A stretch of DNA of 64,000 bases, taken from the NCBI RefSeq assembly GCF_963853765.1, contig NC_088855.1:17484001-17548000 (forward strand), given 5' to 3'. Below, in pieces: positions 62,339-64,000 of this stretch (its first letter is position 1; each line of letters opens with the position of its first letter). Source of the DNA: Magallana gigas (Eukaryota). The position numbers were made by a program, and so were the translations under genes. Below the pieces are notes generated by a model, which was given only the letters and a program-made list of their open reading frames with translations, had not been told where the DNA came from and did not search any database.

Positions 62339-63379
62339 TACAGTGTTTTATTTCATGAAGTGTATTTTTGATGTACATGTGCATATGTTTTTTGTCCAAT
62401 ACTAAATTAAACTTTGTTCTCTGTTTGACTTATTTTATAAATTGTATTTTTGACACATCCTTTTTTAATGTTCGGAAGCTTTTAGGGTAAACAAAAATGT
62501 ATTGCGGCCAGTTTTGAAATTTATTTCGCTCGAAACAAAAACTGTTTATGTGTTTTCTCATATTTAACTATAACATATTTAAATTCCTCTTTACCCTTAC
62601 TCTTTGAGGGTGACAGCTCGAGCGATATCTATCCAGCAGATAAACCATGATTGTCGATATGTTCCATTAGCTTTAAGAAATGTATTTTAAACCGCTGATA
62701 TTATACTTGGAACAGTCAAATCATAATTAATATTTGTAAAGATATCCTTTAAAAGACTCTCGCATGTCTATAGATATCCCCATTTTTTCAAAATAAAAGG
62801 ATAAAAATACAATGTTTTCTCATTCCATTTTGAAACAAACCACGTACATGTATAACGAGTCACATTAGACATCTAAGTCTTTTAAAGGCATGATGTTACA
62901 TTAATCTGATATAAATAAAAATTGTAGTTGCAAATAATTTAAAGATACTTACATTTTTTAAAACTCAAAATGTACCTTTTCCCGTACTTTTTAAAATTGA
63001 AAGTAGGCGAGATTGACAGACTTTGATATTTATACATTTATGATATATATTCCCCGCTGATTACTTAATTCCGAAGACGGTTGGATATAATTTTTTCATG
63101 TACATCTTCCAAATTGGAACACGAAATCTCGGGGTTTGACACAATGTTTACAAACAGAGACATGCATTTAAAGTTGATGGGATATTTTATCTTCATTGTT
63201 ACTTGGGCGAAACGCTTAAACAAGAAGTAATGTGGAGTTTAATTACTGATTTAACTACATGGTGTGTGAGAAAATTCGTCCTGAATTTAACAATGTTGAA
63301 AAACGCAAATTCACTGACAGATTATTGAAATTGCCTTTTACAGGTATATACACGAAAACACAGAACCTTACTAAGTTAA

Positions 63380-63885
63380 AGGGACTTGGACACGATTTGG
63401 GCTCAAATTTTTCAAAATTTATTTTTTTCATTTTTAATGTCTTGGATTGTCGATATGGATGTTGTTAATGCTTTGTCAAAATTTGAATGTCAAATATCGA
63501 GGTACAAGCGAATTACAGAGGTTACAACTCTGTGTTTTGTAAACAAAGCTGGATTCCTTTTATTGTTTACATATGTGTTGTATTGGTATAATTATTAATC
63601 TAATTTTTTTTTGTTGATGATAAGATTATTTATGAACACATTGAATCAGTTTATTTAGTTTCGACGAGTTGTTTTGTCAAAAAAGGGTAATTTCTTTTTA
63701 GTTACATTATTTGAGAACAAACAAAGACTCGAGCTATGTTTACAGGGTACTTTCCGCTGTATCTCGCTTGTGACATAATTTCTAACATTCAAATTTTGGT
63801 GAATCATTCAAAATATACAAAGTAAACTATTTTATGCATATAAATCAAGAATACAATTTTCATCTGAAATCGTGTCTGGGTCCCT
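63380..63885. mobile_element. ~500-bp TTAA-flanked Kolobok-like element (family K2)
   Basis: TTAA|AGGGACTTGGACACGATTT ... AAATCGTGTCTGGGTCCCT|TTAA; internally quasi-palindromic. Confidence 0.8.
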
Positions 63886-64000
63886 TTAAATCAAACCTTC
63901 AACTAAAGTAGGATTCGGTTATAATGGATTATCTCTAACAAACAATTTCTAGCACATTTATTTTAGTTAAAGCTTTAAAATATATTTGTTAACTCTTTAC

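Overview
AT-rich eukaryotic genomic DNA, most likely an oyster (Crassostrea/Magallana) or related bivalve, judged from repeat families I recognise from memory and have not database-checked. Two minus-strand protein-coding genes could be assembled by hand with every exon phase matching. (1) A 13-exon urea transporter DUR3 (sodium:solute symporter family; 2376-nt CDS, 791 aa; 13758-53414) with a 20-kb first intron and a long Cys/His-rich loop insertion. (2) Upstream of it, a secreted CAP-superfamily (SCP/PR-1/Ag5) protein of about 241-242 aa (56264-59742, start exon uncertain) with divergent CAP signatures and a KKR-separated C-terminal tail. The rest is dominated by DNA transposons: Helentron-type elements with internal 180-bp or 160-bp tandem arrays, ~500-bp TTAA-flanked Kolobok-like elements, TA-flanked mariner-like MITEs, a decayed Sola-type element with an ATAT target duplication, a decayed hAT transposase, and a ~3-kb tandem duplication in DUR3 intron 8. 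The most striking pattern not explained by these features is the palindrome TACATGTA. I counted at least 25 copies against roughly 2-3 expected, and in three places it appears as a 6-bp insertion at a TA relative to related repeat copies, as expected for Tc1/mariner excision footprints. No CRISPR, rRNA or intact tRNA gene was seen.
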